A stretch of 64,000 bases of DNA, taken from assembly GCA_039794845.1 (NCBI GenBank), contig JAUQVK010000067.1, positions 1 to 64,000 on the forward strand, read 5' to 3'. Origin of the DNA: Thermostichus sp. DRC_bins_24 (GTDB lineage Bacteria; Cyanobacteriota; Cyanobacteriia; Thermostichales; Thermostichaceae). A program made the translations under genes and the position numbers. The notes below the pieces were generated by a model. It was not told the DNA's origin. It ran no database searches and saw only the letters and a list, made by a program, of their open reading frames with translations. Positions 32,269 to 45,199 of the stretch are shown here, piece by piece. Within the stretch, counting starts at the first letter, position 1, and the number at the start of each line of letters is the position of its first letter.

Positions 32269-33579
32269 ATGACCACAACCCTCACAACCACTAAACTTCC
32301 TCCTTCTACTCATCCGTATGCAGATGTAATCCATCGCCTAGAAGCCGGGGGATCCATGCTGCCGGATACCCCAGAGAATTTGATGCAGATCATCGGGCTT
32401 TACAAAGCTTATGCAGTGCCCATGGATTTTTATTGGCGGGATCTGCTTTACATTGCGGAACAGGTCTTTGTGGATCCATTGCCCTTTTTCAAGTTCATTA
32501 TCCCCGATGAATATCTCAAGTTGGCCAATCACTATGCGGGAGATAATGCCGACTTGCGAATTTGGCGAGGGATCGATACGGCTCATCCGGAATTGTTGGA
32601 GTTCATGGAAAAAGGGGAGCTAAAGCGTAAACTTCCTCGTATTTTGCATCACCTTTGGCATGACCGAATCAACATGGAATTTGCCGAAGAATGTATGCGG
32701 GCGATGCTTTGGCACCGGGATATGGGGGGTCTGTTGGATCCCTACATGGACTCAGAGGAGTACAAACAAAACGCGGATCGGGCAATTCGCGCTTATGTAC
32801 AGGGAAATCCGTTGCTACAGGGCCTGTATAAGCTTTTCCCCGATATGTTTATGGAGCTATGTCGCCAAGCCACGATGTATTCGGTGCTGGGCTTGTTTTG
32901 GGAGATTATGGCCCCGGTCTTTTTTGAAATGAGTGACCTTTATGACGAGGGCAAACTCACCAGCGTGCCGGAGGCAATGAACTTTTTGGTGAATGGGATC
33001 TTTGCCATTGCTGGACGACCCATCTATCACCGGGTGCGAATTCGAGGAGAATGGTACGACATTGTGCCCAAGTCTAAGGGCTTTACTTGGCTGTATGAAG
33101 CGGCTTTTCCCTATGTAGAGGCAGTGTTTTATCGCACTTCTCCCTTCCGCGGTACCAAGTCCTACAATGCCCAGGCCAATCAAATTCCCACCAATCAACT
33201 GGATTTTCATTACGGCATCCTGTATGCAGATAAGTTCCCGGTTGGCACAGCCGGGATCCCACCGACGCTTTTGCACCAGGATATGTACCACTTCTTGCCC
33301 CAGTATTTGGTGGATTATTATCGCCAGCACTGCCGCGGAGATGAGGATATGCTGATTCAGCTGGGGGTTAGCTTTCAGCGCTCCATGTACAACGTGACCT
33401 CAGCAGTTATCCAGGCCGGTAGAGCGGCTTTTCTCTATCCTCTGGATGATCCCAACCCCCGCCATTTAATGATGAATCGCCGTTATTTTGAGGGCCAACT
33501 GAATCGCTTTGCTCGGCCTGAATACGGGATCCGAGAGGCTGCTCGTATTACCTATATTCAAGACCAGAACTATCGCTAG
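32269..33579 (+). CDS. cupA: CO2 hydration protein CupA (ChpY)
   Basis: [44 protein letters not shown]. Confidence 0.93.
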   Translation: MTTTLTTTKLPPSTHPYADVIHRLEAGGSMLPDTPENLMQIIGLYKAYAVPMDFYWRDLLYIAEQVFVDPLPFFKFIIPDEYLKLANHYAGDNADLRIWRGIDTAHPELLEFMEKGELKRKLPRILHHLWHDRINMEFAEECMRAMLWHRDMGGLLDPYMDSEEYKQNADRAIRAYVQGNPLLQGLYKLFPDMFMELCRQATMYSVLGLFWEIMAPVFFEMSDLYDEGKLTSVPEAMNFLVNGIFAIAGRPIYHRVRIRGEWYDIVPKSKGFTWLYEAAFPYVEAVFYRTSPFRGTKSYNAQANQIPTNQLDFHYGILYADKFPVGTAGIPPTLLHQDMYHFLPQYLVDYYRQHCRGDEDMLIQLGVSFQRSMYNVTSAVIQAGRAAFLYPLDDPNPRHLMMNRRYFEGQLNRFARPEYGIREAARITYIQDQNYR

Positions 33580-33653
33580 CTCTTCTGTTTACTCTCGGAA
33601 TTTATGTAGAAGAATCCCATCATCGATTAACCTGTGAAAGGAGGATCCCGGCT

Positions 33654-34112
33654 ATGCCCGATATCGTTGATATTGCTGTTTCTGCAGAAGGGTTTTCGAC
33701 GCTGGTGACGGCGGTGAAAGCGGCTGGTTTGGTAGATACTCTCAAAAGTCCTGGCCCGTTTACGGTGTTTGCCCCGACGGATGCTGCCTTTGCTAAGTTG
33801 CCGGCTGGGACGATTACCACCTTGGTGCAAAATATTCCCCAATTGACTCGCATTCTTTGCTATCACGTGGTGCCAGGTCGTCTGAAAAAAGCCGATTTGG
33901 CCAAATTTCAATCGGTGGGATCCGTAGAGGGCTCCGCCATTGACTTGACCATTGAGGAGGATATCTTTGAGGTCAACAACGCCACGGTAATCCAGGCGGA
34001 TATCGAGGCAGACAATGGCATCATTCATGTCATCGATACGGTGATTTTGATGCGCCCCCATTGGTTCTGGCCGATCATGAATTCCAAACTAGCGGCCGCT
34101 GCGGAAGCGTGA
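33654..34112 (+). CDS. cupS: fasciclin-domain protein CupS
   Basis: [28 protein letters not shown]; directly after cupA. Confidence 0.88.
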   Translation: MPDIVDIAVSAEGFSTLVTAVKAAGLVDTLKSPGPFTVFAPTDAAFAKLPAGTITTLVQNIPQLTRILCYHVVPGRLKKADLAKFQSVGSVEGSAIDLTIEEDIFEVNNATVIQADIEADNGIIHVIDTVILMRPHWFWPIMNSKLAAAAEA

Positions 34113-34210
34113 ACGGATGTAACGCCTGGGAAAACGGTAGCTGAAAACACATTTTGTGGAGGAAGGGCAACCAACAGTAGAAAGGGGATAATGTTTAAGG
34201 AATCCTGGAC

Positions 34211-35671
<1,461 letters not shown>

Positions 35672-35705
35672 GGGTGTTGATGGGTTTGAGGGCTATCCGT
35701 CCTCA

Positions 35706-36275
35706 TCACCTGGTGCGAAACTTCTTGAAAGCATTCGGATGGCCAAACTTGCCGAAACGGCTGGCGTGCTGATGGGCCAGATCCACGTAGTGCCGAGCAT
35801 GGATGCGCAACTTTTCCACCTCGTCATCGGTAAGGGTGCGAATGGTTTTTGCCGGGGTACCTACCGCCAAAGAACGCGGCGGCACCGACTGGGTAACCAC
35901 GGCTCCGGCACCGATAATGCTGCCTGCCCCGATGGTGACGCCGTTCAGGATGATGGCCCCAATGCCGATCAGGCATCCCCCCTGAATGCGGGCACTGTGA
36001 AGAACGGCCCGATGGCCTACGGTTACCTCTTCCCCGATGATCGTTGGTTGGTCGGGATCCCCGTGTACAATCGCCCCATCTTGGATGTTGGTGCAGCGGC
36101 CAATGGTAATGGGTGAGATATCCCCCCGCAGGATGGCTCCGTACCAGATGCTCACGGATTCTGAGAGTTCGACGGTGCCGATCAAGGTGGCATTGGCAGC
36201 AATAAAGGCGGCCTCCTCCATGCCGGTGGGCTGTTGATCCAACCAAATGGGCCAGGCGTCCTGTTCTTCTTGCAT
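35706..36275 (-). CDS. gamma carbonic anhydrase-like hexapeptide protein
   Basis: [30 protein letters not shown] (three metal His). Confidence 0.9.
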   Translation of the reverse strand: MQEEQDAWPIWLDQQPTGMEEAAFIAANATLIGTVELSESVSIWYGAILRGDISPITIGRCTNIQDGAIVHGDPDQPTIIGEEVTVGHRAVLHSARIQGGCLIGIGAIILNGVTIGAGSIIGAGAVVTQSVPPRSLAVGTPAKTIRTLTDDEVEKLRIHARHYVDLAHQHASRFGKFGHPNAFKKFRTR

Positions 36276-36368
36276 TTAGCGGATCCCCCAAGGTTGGGAG
36301 AGCTTGTCTGGACAACAACGCATGGGCAGTGAATCCTTCTCGACGGGAGCTTGGCCGATCTACCCAAC

Positions 36369-37000
36369 TCAAGTGCAGGTTTTGAGGGCGACGATATCGG
36401 CTCCTGAGATCTTATCCAGATTCCGGCTGATCTTTTCGATATCCCAATTCCACCAGGCAATTTGCAACAGCTCCTGAATCACCGCCTCGGAAAAGCGTTG
36501 CCGCAGCACTCGGGCAGGGTTTCCCGCCACAATTGCATAGGGGGGCACATCTCGACTCACCACCGCCTTCGCCCCAATAATGGCGCCATCGCCCACTTTT
36601 ACCCCGGGTAGCAGCGTGGCCTGGTAGCCAATCCAAACATCGTTGCCGATGAGGGTATCTCCCTTAAAGGGGAAAGCCTCGGGGGGGGGTCGGATCCCTC
36701 CCAGCCGTTGCCAAAAATGAAAAAGGGGAAGCTGGAAAACCCGGCAATCGCGTGATTAGCCCCGTTCATGATGAAAGTTACGCCGCGAGCAATGACACAA
36801 AATTTGCCGATGATCAGGCGATCTCCCACGAAAGGATAGTGATACAAAACATTGCGTTGGAAATCTTCCGAGTTTTCAGGATCATCGTAGTAGGTGTAGT
36901 CGCCGATTACGATGTTTGGATTGGAGACCGTATTTTTGATGAAGCAAATTTGTGGAAAACCCATCATCGGATGGGGGTTGTTTGCGTCGGGGCCATTCAT
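36369..37000 (-). pseudogene. Vat/CatB-type xenobiotic O-acetyltransferase split by a frameshift at a G9 tract
   Basis: N-part GDYTYYDD..IGKFC..MNGANH; C-part [22 protein letters not shown] in another frame; junction is G9 at 36681-36689. Confidence 0.85.
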
Positions 37001-38001
37001 GTCAGTTGGACTTGGCGTTGAGAGGGTAAAGAAGGTTCGGCAGGTTGAAGCGGTTGAATAGCAAAGAAGGTTTCATAGATGCGCTCCCCAACTCGGTTCA
37101 TTTGCAGTTGCAAATTATCGAGAAACTCGTGTAGGCCTTGTTCCATGATGTCATCGATGGTCAAGTAATCCAATTCCGAGCGCAACCGCCCCAAGGCCCG
37201 CTCGGTGGGATCCCGCCAGGTACCCATTGGGGTGCCCGTAATCTCGTGGAGAGAGCGATCCGCCTGAATCAGACAAAACTGAATTGAGCGAGGAAATTGG
37301 CGATCCAAAATCAGGAAGGAGGCCACCTCTTGGGGATTAATACGATGTAGGCGACTGTACTTGCGATACATTTCATAGGCACTGGCAGATTTAAGCAGGG
37401 CAATCCACTGCAACTCATCCAAAGTGGTACCCACATACTGCACGGAGGGCAGCAGAATAAAGTATTTCACATCCAAAATGCGTGCGGTTTTGTCGGCCCG
37501 TTCCAACAGGCGACCAATTTGACCAAAATGCCAGCCTTCACCGTGGGTCATCGTGGCATCCATCACCCCCGCAAACAGGTGACTGGCCAACTTTACTTCC
37601 GTAAAAAAATCGTGCCATTGGCTTAAATTTTTTCCTTGTTGGGCGGCCTCTTTCACCATCAAATAAAATCGATTCACCCGCTCCCACATTTCTGAGGAGA
37701 TCACCTCCCGTACAGAACGGGCATTTTCGCGTGCGCACCGCAGGCAGGAAAGAATCGAGTTGGGATAATCCCTATCAAAAGCGAGAAATTGGACGACCGT
37801 TTCCTGGGTGGCTTCGCCGTAGCGCTGATAGAAAAGCTCTTGATCACCCGTGGTATAGACGATCGGATCCCATTGTTGGGCCATGCCACTGGGGGAATCC
37901 AAGATGAGATTCAGATTCACGTCGACAAATCGGGCGATATTTTCCGCACGCTCCACGTACCGATTTAACCAGTAGATCGAATCTGCCACCCGACTCAACA
38001 T
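36997..38001 (-). CDS. alpha-E domain protein
   Basis: MLSRVADSIYWLNRYVERAEN, ARENARSVRE, LERADKTARILD, FPRSI. Confidence 0.92.
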   Translation of the reverse strand: MLSRVADSIYWLNRYVERAENIARFVDVNLNLILDSPSGMAQQWDPIVYTTGDQELFYQRYGEATQETVVQFLAFDRDYPNSILSCLRCARENARSVREVISSEMWERVNRFYLMVKEAAQQGKNLSQWHDFFTEVKLASHLFAGVMDATMTHGEGWHFGQIGRLLERADKTARILDVKYFILLPSVQYVGTTLDELQWIALLKSASAYEMYRKYSRLHRINPQEVASFLILDRQFPRSIQFCLIQADRSLHEITGTPMGTWRDPTERALGRLRSELDYLTIDDIMEQGLHEFLDNLQLQMNRVGERIYETFFAIQPLQPAEPSLPSQRQVQLT

Positions 38002-39908
38002 GCTTCTGTTTCCTCCTGTAAAGTTTGCTTTGCCCATCTGGGATCCAAGCCCAAGATCATCATCACCCTCCGCAACTTAGTCAGCAGTACCGCTGTCAGC
38101 CCCGTCATGGTCAGTCCCAGCCAATCCACGGGGGTGCCCAGATAGCGTACCCGGATCCGATGCGCTCCAGGAGGGATCCGCACCCGTATCTGCCCCAGTC
38201 CGGTTTGCTCTGCCGGCTGAAGACGGCCATCCATCTCGACCCACCAGGCAGGGTAATAAAAGGTGCGGATCACTACAAATTGCTCTCTATCAGTGGGGTT
38301 AACCGCTCGAAAACGGCGGTAGCCATAGCTCCAACGCTCCACCTGCAGATCGGCTTCAGATGGTTGCCCTCGCTCCCCAGCCGTTAGAGAGTCCCTGAGG
38401 TTGCCCTGCCAACGCACCAGCGGCTCCACCTCAGGAGGCGGCATCGGGAGCGTTACCCCGTGGGCGCGATATTCCGGCACATCCACCAACGCCAGTCCAT
38501 CTGGAAAGATCCAGTGCCAGTAGAGAAAGGGGGTACCCGGACGTTGTTGAGGCTCGATCGGGAACTGCTTAGCCGCCGAGAGGGTATGAAAGGTTTGGAT
38601 CACCTGCGGCTGAAAGCTCGTTCGGCCCAACACTTGCCACCCCAGCCCAACCTGGACCACGACCGCCAAGGCCGTTCCCAAAAGGATCGGATACCGCCAG
38701 CTTTTTCGGTTCCAACCCCATCCCACTAGGGATCCCAATAGCCAGGGCACCGTCACGGCGGTGATTCCCATCCAACGCCAGGAAAACTGGATGCGCTGCA
38801 GGGGTAAAACCCAGTCGTAGAGCCAACTGAGCAGATCCGTCATCATCATCAGCGGGATCAGACTCACCCCGAGGCTGTAAAGCAGCAAGTCTCCGTGGGG
38901 CAGGGGTAAACAGGTATTGGAAGAGAGGTTGGAGCTCGGAACATCCGGAGCGGTTGGTGAGGGAGTTCCCCTGTTCAGCCACCCGCCCACCAGCAGCAGG
39001 ATCCCCGTTGCCAGCACCACCGCTACCATCCAGCCCCAGTATCCCAGCAAGTTGCTCTCAAACCAGTGCTCGGTCAACTGGGGTTGCAACTGAGTTAAGC
39101 CGCTCAGCATCAGGCGCTTTTGGGGCAGATAATCCTCGGCAAAGTTGACCAAATCCACCTGGATCAGGCGCTGATCCAAAAAGGCGGGCACCAGAAAGAA
39201 ACTCGACCACCCCAACCCCAGAGCAACTCCCAAATAGGAGCGCCCCAGCTTGGGCCAAAAGGGATCCCGCCAACGCAGCACCCAGGGTAACGGCAACCAA
39301 ACCAGAGTAAACAGCAACAACGTCGGCAAATGGGACAGTACCAACAAGCCATAGCCGGTCGCCAATGCCCCAACCGGCCACAGGGCTCTGGGTCGGCGAA
39401 TCACCTGACCAGAAGCCCAGAAAATCCAGGGCAAAAGGGCAATCGCCCACACTTCGCCGATGGCTCCCCGTTGGTAGATATCCACCAGCCAATAGGGCCC
39501 AGCCATGCCCATCAGAGCCAAAATCAGGGCCAAAGCTCGCGGCACCAGCGGTTGGATAAGGGCGTAAAGACCTGCCCCAAATACCCCCATGGCCAAGCCC
39601 ATACTGGCCACCAAAGAAGCGGGCATTGCCAGCCCCACCATACGGAAGGGCAAGGTGGCCACCATACACAGGGGTGGGTAAAAGGCAAAGGTGGCATTGC
39701 CAAAGCCAAAATTAGAAAACTCCAACCAGCGGGGGTAAAATTGCCCGCCGAAAAACTGCCGCTGATATTGGAAGGCCCAACTGAGATTAAAGTGCGTGGA
39801 ATGGGTAATCGGGTAGCCTTGGTGTAGCATGGGCCAGAGCCAAAACAACACCCCTCCCCCTATCCCAATCGCCCAGAGAATTCCGGGATAACGCAACACG
39901 TTCAGCAT
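37995..39908 (-). CDS. polytopic membrane protein, PTPS-related / YfhO-like (probable GT-C glycosyltransferase)
   Basis: GQFYPRW, FYPPL, RGAIGE, IQFSWRW and YYPAW motifs; many TMs. Confidence 0.75.
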   Translation of the reverse strand: MLNVLRYPGILWAIGIGGGVLFWLWPMLHQGYPITHSTHFNLSWAFQYQRQFFGGQFYPRWLEFSNFGFGNATFAFYPPLCMVATLPFRMVGLAMPASLVASMGLAMGVFGAGLYALIQPLVPRALALILALMGMAGPYWLVDIYQRGAIGEVWAIALLPWIFWASGQVIRRPRALWPVGALATGYGLLVLSHLPTLLLFTLVWLPLPWVLRWRDPFWPKLGRSYLGVALGLGWSSFFLVPAFLDQRLIQVDLVNFAEDYLPQKRLMLSGLTQLQPQLTEHWFESNLLGYWGWMVAVVLATGILLLVGGWLNRGTPSPTAPDVPSSNLSSNTCLPLPHGDLLLYSLGVSLIPLMMMTDLLSWLYDWVLPLQRIQFSWRWMGITAVTVPWLLGSLVGWGWNRKSWRYPILLGTALAVVVQVGLGWQVLGRTSFQPQVIQTFHTLSAAKQFPIEPQQRPGTPFLYWHWIFPDGLALVDVPEYRAHGVTLPMPPPEVEPLVRWQGNLRDSLTAGERGQPSEADLQVERWSYGYRRFRAVNPTDREQFVVIRTFYYPAWWVEMDGRLQPAEQTGLGQIRVRIPPGAHRIRVRYLGTPVDWLGLTMTGLTAVLLTKLRRVMMILGLDPRWAKQTLQEETEAC

Positions 39909-39910
39909 CC

Positions 39911-40465
39911 TTAGGGTTCGGGGGGGTTCTGTTCCGCCTCAAAAGGCCCAGATTTGCCCCCATATTTGCGTAACAAACGGATATTTTCGATCACCATCGT
40001 CTTTTCCAGAGCTTTGGCCATGTCGTAGAGGGTGAGAGCCGCCACAGAAACGGCGGTGAGGGCTTCCATTTCCACTCCCGTTTGGGCGTTGGTTTTGACG
40101 GTAGCGGTGATCAAAAAACCGGGCAGGTGGGGATCCGGATCCAGATCCACTTTGATGCTGCTCAGGGGTAAGGGATGACAAAGCGGGATCAGATCGGCGG
40201 TGCGCTTCGCGGCCATGATCCCTGCCAGCCGAGCTGTTTCCACCACATTGCCCTTGGAGAGCTTGCGATCAGAGCCTGCCTGAGCTGCCAAAATGGCCTG
40301 AAGGGTGGCTTCCGTCATGCGGACCTGACCCTGTGCGGCGGCCAAACGGGCGGTAATGGGCTTGTCTCCCACCTCCACCATGCGAATTTGGCCGGACTTA
40401 TCCAGGTGGGTAAGGGTTGGGCCCGCGTCAGAAGGTGAATCTGGCAGCACCACGGCCTCCCACAA
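39911..40465 (-). CDS. moaC: cyclic pyranopterin monophosphate synthase
   Basis: [36 protein letters not shown]. Confidence 0.95.
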   Translation of the reverse strand: MWEAVVLPDSPSDAGPTLTHLDKSGQIRMVEVGDKPITARLAAAQGQVRMTEATLQAILAAQAGSDRKLSKGNVVETARLAGIMAAKRTADLIPLCHPLPLSSIKVDLDPDPHLPGFLITATVKTNAQTGVEMEALTAVSVAALTLYDMAKALEKTMVIENIRLLRKYGGKSGPFEAEQNPPEP

Positions 40466-40524
40466 TCTCTAGCGTTCAGAGGGTAAAGGTCAGAATGGTT
40501 CCAGACCGGAACAGCTTCAGACCA

Positions 40525-41016
40525 TCAGTAGCGAATCCAGGCGTAGGCAGCATCGGAGAGCACCGGCACTTCGGCATAGTGGCTGCGAATGTTTTGCACC
40601 CAAGCATAGACGGTGATGGCAATGACCCCCAACAAAGCCGTGGTGGCCAAAACCCCGGTGATCATCCCCAGGCTGAGGCTGCCAAGGAGCACACCCAGCA
40701 CCTGCATCAGCAGCTGCACCAAAAACAACACAATGTTCAACAGCAGCGCCTGGATTGTGTTGAACCGGACGAAATGGGCGACGCGGGGGTTGCGAACCAC
40801 CAAGAACAGCAGTGCCAAGAACACGCCCATGCCCAACCAGCCCGTGGCAAAGGGTACCAACCGAAACAGAGGAGCAAAAATTGGGATCAGCCCCGGAACC
40901 GAGCGAAACAGCCCCGAGGGCACGAAGCCAAAGGGTAAAGCCGATACCAAAGGCAATAGATAGGGAAGGGATCCCCACAGCCGATTGATGGGAGTAATTT
41001 CGCCGCGCCAGGTCAT
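40525..41016 (-). CDS. Tic20/Ycf60 family protein
   Basis: MTWRG, LPYLLPL, HFVRFNTIQA, YAEVPVLSDAA. Confidence 0.88.
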   Translation of the reverse strand: MTWRGEITPINRLWGSLPYLLPLVSALPFGFVPSGLFRSVPGLIPIFAPLFRLVPFATGWLGMGVFLALLFLVVRNPRVAHFVRFNTIQALLLNIVLFLVQLLMQVLGVLLGSLSLGMITGVLATTALLGVIAITVYAWVQNIRSHYAEVPVLSDAAYAWIRY

Positions 41017-41322
41017 AATCCGTTGATCCCCTTGGGTGCAGTGGTCATTTGAGTTGCAAGCTCAGTCCGCTTGTTGGTGCGCTCTCGGGATCCCGATGAA
41101 TCTGAAAATGAGAAGGGAGAAGCCACATCCAAGCCGAAACCTTGCGCCCATTGTAGTCGATGGATTTTCTTGGGCTCAACGCGCTTGACCGCAAGCTGGC
41201 TTCCTAATTGCGGGCGAATGAACCCATTCAACGGAAAAATGTTCAGAATGAGCGTTCCAATGGATTTGGATTGGTATAATCAACAGCAACTTCTGACTGT
41301 ACTGGGTTTTTCGGCCTCCACC

Positions 41323-41793
41323 ATGAAGATCTCATCGTCTGCTGCTCGCTTTGTCGGAGCTTTTCTCTGGCAAGCGTGGTCTGGGTTGATTGGCTTTTTG
41401 AATGATCGGTTGCTGCCCGAGCGCTATCACGTTCAGCCCGAGGCTTTGCCTGAGTGGATTGCTCGCGTTTGGGCCAATTATCTGCGCTATCGGGAAGTGT
41501 CTCGTCCGGGGGCGGTGCAGTTCCGTGGGCTGACAGTGGATCCCGGCGTTGTTCAGGATCCCCGCTCGGTTCGCCTGGGATCCCGTCCGCTGTACTACCG
41601 CGGTTGTCCTGTTGAGACGGTGGCCTATTCTGGGGATCCGACTCCAGCCAGCCAGCTCAAGTCTGAAAGCGCTTTTGTTCCCCCCTACTGGAAGCTGCTC
41701 AATACCCTGCGCCTGAAGTTGAACTTGGCGGATGTCGACCGCTACCAGGTGACTCCAGAGCTGCAGCGGGCTTATCGTGGCCAAGAGTTTTGA
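41323..41793 (+). CDS. hypothetical protein (YRG-type motifs reminiscent of DUF4278)
   Basis: ORF with host-like codon usage; TATAAT at 41275-41280 favours the start at MKISSS. Confidence 0.55.
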   Translation: MKISSSAARFVGAFLWQAWSGLIGFLNDRLLPERYHVQPEALPEWIARVWANYLRYREVSRPGAVQFRGLTVDPGVVQDPRSVRLGSRPLYYRGCPVETVAYSGDPTPASQLKSESAFVPPYWKLLNTLRLKLNLADVDRYQVTPELQRAYRGQEF

Positions 41794-41815
41794 TAAACAA
41801 GTTGGTTTGTGGTGC

Positions 41816-41850
41816 AAGGGATCCCGGTGTTGAGTTGGGATCCCTTTTTT
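41816..41850 (+). terminator. rho-independent terminator whose stem is two GGGATCCC palindromes
   Basis: AAGGGATCCC-N11-GGGATCCCTT-TTTT between convergent genes. Confidence 0.65.
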
Positions 41851-41879
41851 GTGCCCTTAGGCTGGTCTGGGGATGGGGG

Positions 41880-42425
41880 TTAGAGGCCGGAACACTGATC
41901 TTCTTTGCTGCCGGCGCTGTTGTTGCCGCCGGTTGGGGCCGGGGTATTTTCCTTACATTGCAGGTTTTCGCGGATCCGGTTATCGGCGAGGGTAAGGCCG
42001 CCCCGATTTTTCACAGCTTGTAAGTTCCCCTCCACATCGTTGGCGGTGGCGTTAAGGGCGCCTCGGTTCTCTTCAAATTGCAGATCTCCATCAATGGTGA
42101 CCGAAAGGATGGAGGCGGATCCCCCCTGCTTGATCTGAATGTTGCCGCCGACGCGGGAGTTGCTGGTGTTGACGGCTGCGGCTCCTTCCGCCTGGATATT
42201 GCCCGCAACCCGGATCCCGGAGGCTTGCAGAGTGGCGCCACGCCCGACTTTGAGATTGCCCTGAACCACAGTGCCACTGAGGCTGCAACTGGCCCCATCC
42301 GGCACAATCAGGTTATCGACCGTGGAGTTGCCCACGGCTCCGGTACAGCGAACGTCGTCCGCATAGGCTGCCGGGATCCCGCTGAGCAACAGCAGGGTTG
42401 TCAGCGTCAAAACTTGAGTTTTCAT
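41880..42425 (-). CDS. secreted beta-solenoid-like protein
   Basis: Signal peptide AAYA|DD; repeated V.GN(L/I)Q units; several Cys. Confidence 0.75.
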   Translation of the reverse strand: MKTQVLTLTTLLLLSGIPAAYADDVRCTGAVGNSTVDNLIVPDGASCSLSGTVVQGNLKVGRGATLQASGIRVAGNIQAEGAAAVNTSNSRVGGNIQIKQGGSASILSVTIDGDLQFEENRGALNATANDVEGNLQAVKNRGGLTLADNRIRENLQCKENTPAPTGGNNSAGSKEDQCSGL

Positions 42426-42708
42426 GGTGGTCTCCTGAGAGAGTTGAAATTAGAGGCTTGCTCTGTTCTTCATCTTCTGAAGTTCCGGTAAAGGGCGATA
42501 GGCGAGAACGGTCCAACTCCGGTTCTGCTTCTCGTCGGTCTGGGCGGGGCTAGTGGCGGTAGAATCTGCGCTGAAGGGCCTGCCTAAGGGATCCCACTGA
42601 AGGGAGGAGAAAGATGAGAAAGACTGCAAAAAAACTTAAGCCCCTCCCCCCGTTACGGGATAAGACCTCCTAGAGTGGATAAAGAATGAATAATGATTGG
42701 GAAACGTT

Positions 42709-43749
42709 ATGGCGAAAAGCGGTGTGCTCCTGCTGAATCTGGGGGGGCCAGAGACCCAGGCTGATGTGCAGCCCTTCCTTTACAACCTGTTTGCCGATCC
42801 GGAGCTGATCCGCCTGCCGTTTCCTTTTTTACAACCGGCCTTTGCCTGGGCCATCTCCATGTTGCGGGCCGAAAAATCCCGGCGAAACTATGCAGCTATT
42901 GGAGGAGGATCCCCGTTGCGGCGCATCACAGCTGAACAAGCTCAGGAGTTGCAGGCCCATTTGGTGGCGGAAGGCTACGATGTGCCGGTGTATGTGGCGA
43001 TGCGCTACTGGCATCCATTGACGGAATCGGTGGTGCAGCAGATCAAGGCGGATGGGATCACCCGCCTGGTGGTGGTGCCCCTTTACCCGCAATATTCCAT
43101 CAGTACGACGGGCTCGAGCTTTAAGCTTTTGGATCGGCTCTGGGCTGAGGATCCGGAATTGGCCCGCATCGAACGGCGTCAGATCTGCTCTTGGTACGAC
43201 CAACCGGACTATGTGCAGGCAATGGCGGCAGGGATCCGGGCCGGGCTGGATCAGTTTGAACGCCCCGAAGAGGTGCATGTGCTGTTTAGCGCCCACGGCA
43301 TTCCTGAAAGTTACGTGACCGTATCTGGGGATCCCTACCAACAGGAAATGGAAGCCTGTGTGAAGTTGATTTGGGATCAGGTGGGACGGGCCAACGACCA
43401 CACCCTTGCCTACCAAAGCCGGGTGGGGTCGGTGAAGTGGCTGCATCCCTACACCGAAACGGTGATTCCCGAGTTGGGATCTCGCGGGGTGAAGCATTTG
43501 TTGGTGGTGCCGATTAGCTTTGTGTCGGAGCACATCGAGACGCTGCAGGAGATCGATATCGAGTACCGAGAGCTGGCCCATCAGGCTGGGATCTGTGATT
43601 TTCGGCGGGTACCGGCTTTGAATGCCGATCCGCAGTTTATTGCCGGCTTGGTGGCGCTGGTGCGGCCCCATTTGCTCACCTCGGGTTTGGCTTCTAGTGC
43701 TTTTGCTCCGGCGGTTCATGCCACCGGTCACTCTTTTCTCGAACGTTAG
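42709..43749 (+). CDS. hemH: ferrochelatase lacking the C-terminal CAB domain
   Basis: [35 protein letters not shown]; no ERxNGRLAM tail. Confidence 0.95.
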   Translation: MAKSGVLLLNLGGPETQADVQPFLYNLFADPELIRLPFPFLQPAFAWAISMLRAEKSRRNYAAIGGGSPLRRITAEQAQELQAHLVAEGYDVPVYVAMRYWHPLTESVVQQIKADGITRLVVVPLYPQYSISTTGSSFKLLDRLWAEDPELARIERRQICSWYDQPDYVQAMAAGIRAGLDQFERPEEVHVLFSAHGIPESYVTVSGDPYQQEMEACVKLIWDQVGRANDHTLAYQSRVGSVKWLHPYTETVIPELGSRGVKHLLVVPISFVSEHIETLQEIDIEYRELAHQAGICDFRRVPALNADPQFIAGLVALVRPHLLTSGLASSAFAPAVHATGHSFLER

Positions 43750-43797
43750 GGTGGAATCGTTGAGTTGAGGGGAAGAGGGCCGAGGGGATAAGGGAGC

Positions 43798-45192
43798 ATG
43801 ACCGAAGCCCTGCAAACGAAGTGGCTGCTGACTTACTTTGACAAACGGTTGCCTTTTCCCAAGGAATGGCTGCCCGAAGCGGTCTATTGGGTGGGGGGAT
43901 CCCTGCGGGATGCCTACCTGTGTCTGCTTAGGGAGCCTTCTCCGGAAGGCCTGAACAGGCTTTTGAATCCAAATGGGCCTCTTGACCTGGATTTGATGTG
44001 GAGTGGCGAGCCGGTGGGATGGGCAGCGGGGGTGGCGCGGCGGTTGGGGGCGGGGTTTGTGGTGCTGGATGCACAGCGGCAGATTGCCCGTATCGTGTTG
44101 CCGCAGCTAACGGTGGATGTGGCCCTGCAAGCTGGTTCGACGCCCGAATCCGATCTGTGGCAGCGGGATTTCACCTGCAATGCGCTGGCTCTGGATCTGC
44201 ATAGCGGACAGCTGTTGGATCCCACAGGTGGGCAGACGGATATTCGGCAAGGCCAAATTCGCATGGTGCGCCCGGAAAATCTCAGTGCCGATCCGGTGCG
44301 GCTGTTGCGGGCCTATCGCCAGGCGGCTCAACTGGGGTTCGAGCTGGATCCGGTTACCCAAGGGGCAATTCGGGAGCGGGCCCATCTACTGGCCGATGTG
44401 GCGGGAGAACGGGTGCGCTCAGAAGTGGTGGCGCTATTGGAGGCCGAGATTCCGGGTTTGGAACACTTGCGGGGGGCGGTGGCCGCAGGGTTGCTTGGGT
44501 ACTGGTTGCCCAAATTGCAGCCTGAGAAGGAGGTGTTTCTCCGGGCGCAAACAGTGTGGCAGTGGGCCCATCGATGGGAAGGGCAGTATCCGCGCACGCT
44601 GGCGGAGTTGGCTCAACCTTTGGCGGACCGCCGTTCTGGGCTGTTGGCGGTGGTGTTGGCGGCTTTGCTGTGGGATCCCTCAGCTCCGGCAGATCTTCAG
44701 GCAGAGGCCGTTGAAACAGATCTGGAGCGGTTACGCTTCAGTCGGGCAGAGATGCGGGCGGTGCAAAAGCTATATCATCTCTTGCCTCAGTTGCTTTCTT
44801 TGCTCACGGGATCCCCTACCCCCGTCCAACAGTGGCGGCTGTATCAACAGGCGGGATCCCTATTCGGGGGTTTGGCCCTGTTGGCCGTGGCGACGGGATG
44901 GGCTGACCCTCTGGCTCTTGTGGAGCAAGAAGGGCAGAAGACTAAGATACCGTTCGCGCAACAACTGGAACCCTGGCTCACTCGCTATGAAGACCCAGGG
45001 GATCCCTTAGCCCATCTGGTTCCTCTTCTGGATGGCAGCGATGTGTTGCACAGTTTGGGAGCAAAACCTGGCCCTTGGGTAGGGCAACTGCTACAGGCTC
45101 TCCAAGAGGCCCAAGCCTGTGGCCGAATCCAAACCCGTGACGAGGCCCTCACGTTTGCTCACCAGTGGCGTGAGAAAGGCTCGCAAAATTAG
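43798..45192 (+). CDS. tRNA nucleotidyltransferase (probably the CC-adding enzyme)
   Basis: VGGSLRD, DLD, RDFTCNA, DPVRLLRAYR, ERVRSE; short region before RDF and no DHH/CBS extension. Confidence 0.82.
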   Translation: MTEALQTKWLLTYFDKRLPFPKEWLPEAVYWVGGSLRDAYLCLLREPSPEGLNRLLNPNGPLDLDLMWSGEPVGWAAGVARRLGAGFVVLDAQRQIARIVLPQLTVDVALQAGSTPESDLWQRDFTCNALALDLHSGQLLDPTGGQTDIRQGQIRMVRPENLSADPVRLLRAYRQAAQLGFELDPVTQGAIRERAHLLADVAGERVRSEVVALLEAEIPGLEHLRGAVAAGLLGYWLPKLQPEKEVFLRAQTVWQWAHRWEGQYPRTLAELAQPLADRRSGLLAVVLAALLWDPSAPADLQAEAVETDLERLRFSRAEMRAVQKLYHLLPQLLSLLTGSPTPVQQWRLYQQAGSLFGGLALLAVATGWADPLALVEQEGQKTKIPFAQQLEPWLTRYEDPGDPLAHLVPLLDGSDVLHSLGAKPGPWVGQLLQALQEAQACGRIQTRDEALTFAHQWREKGSQN

Positions 45193-45199
45193 CACTTAG

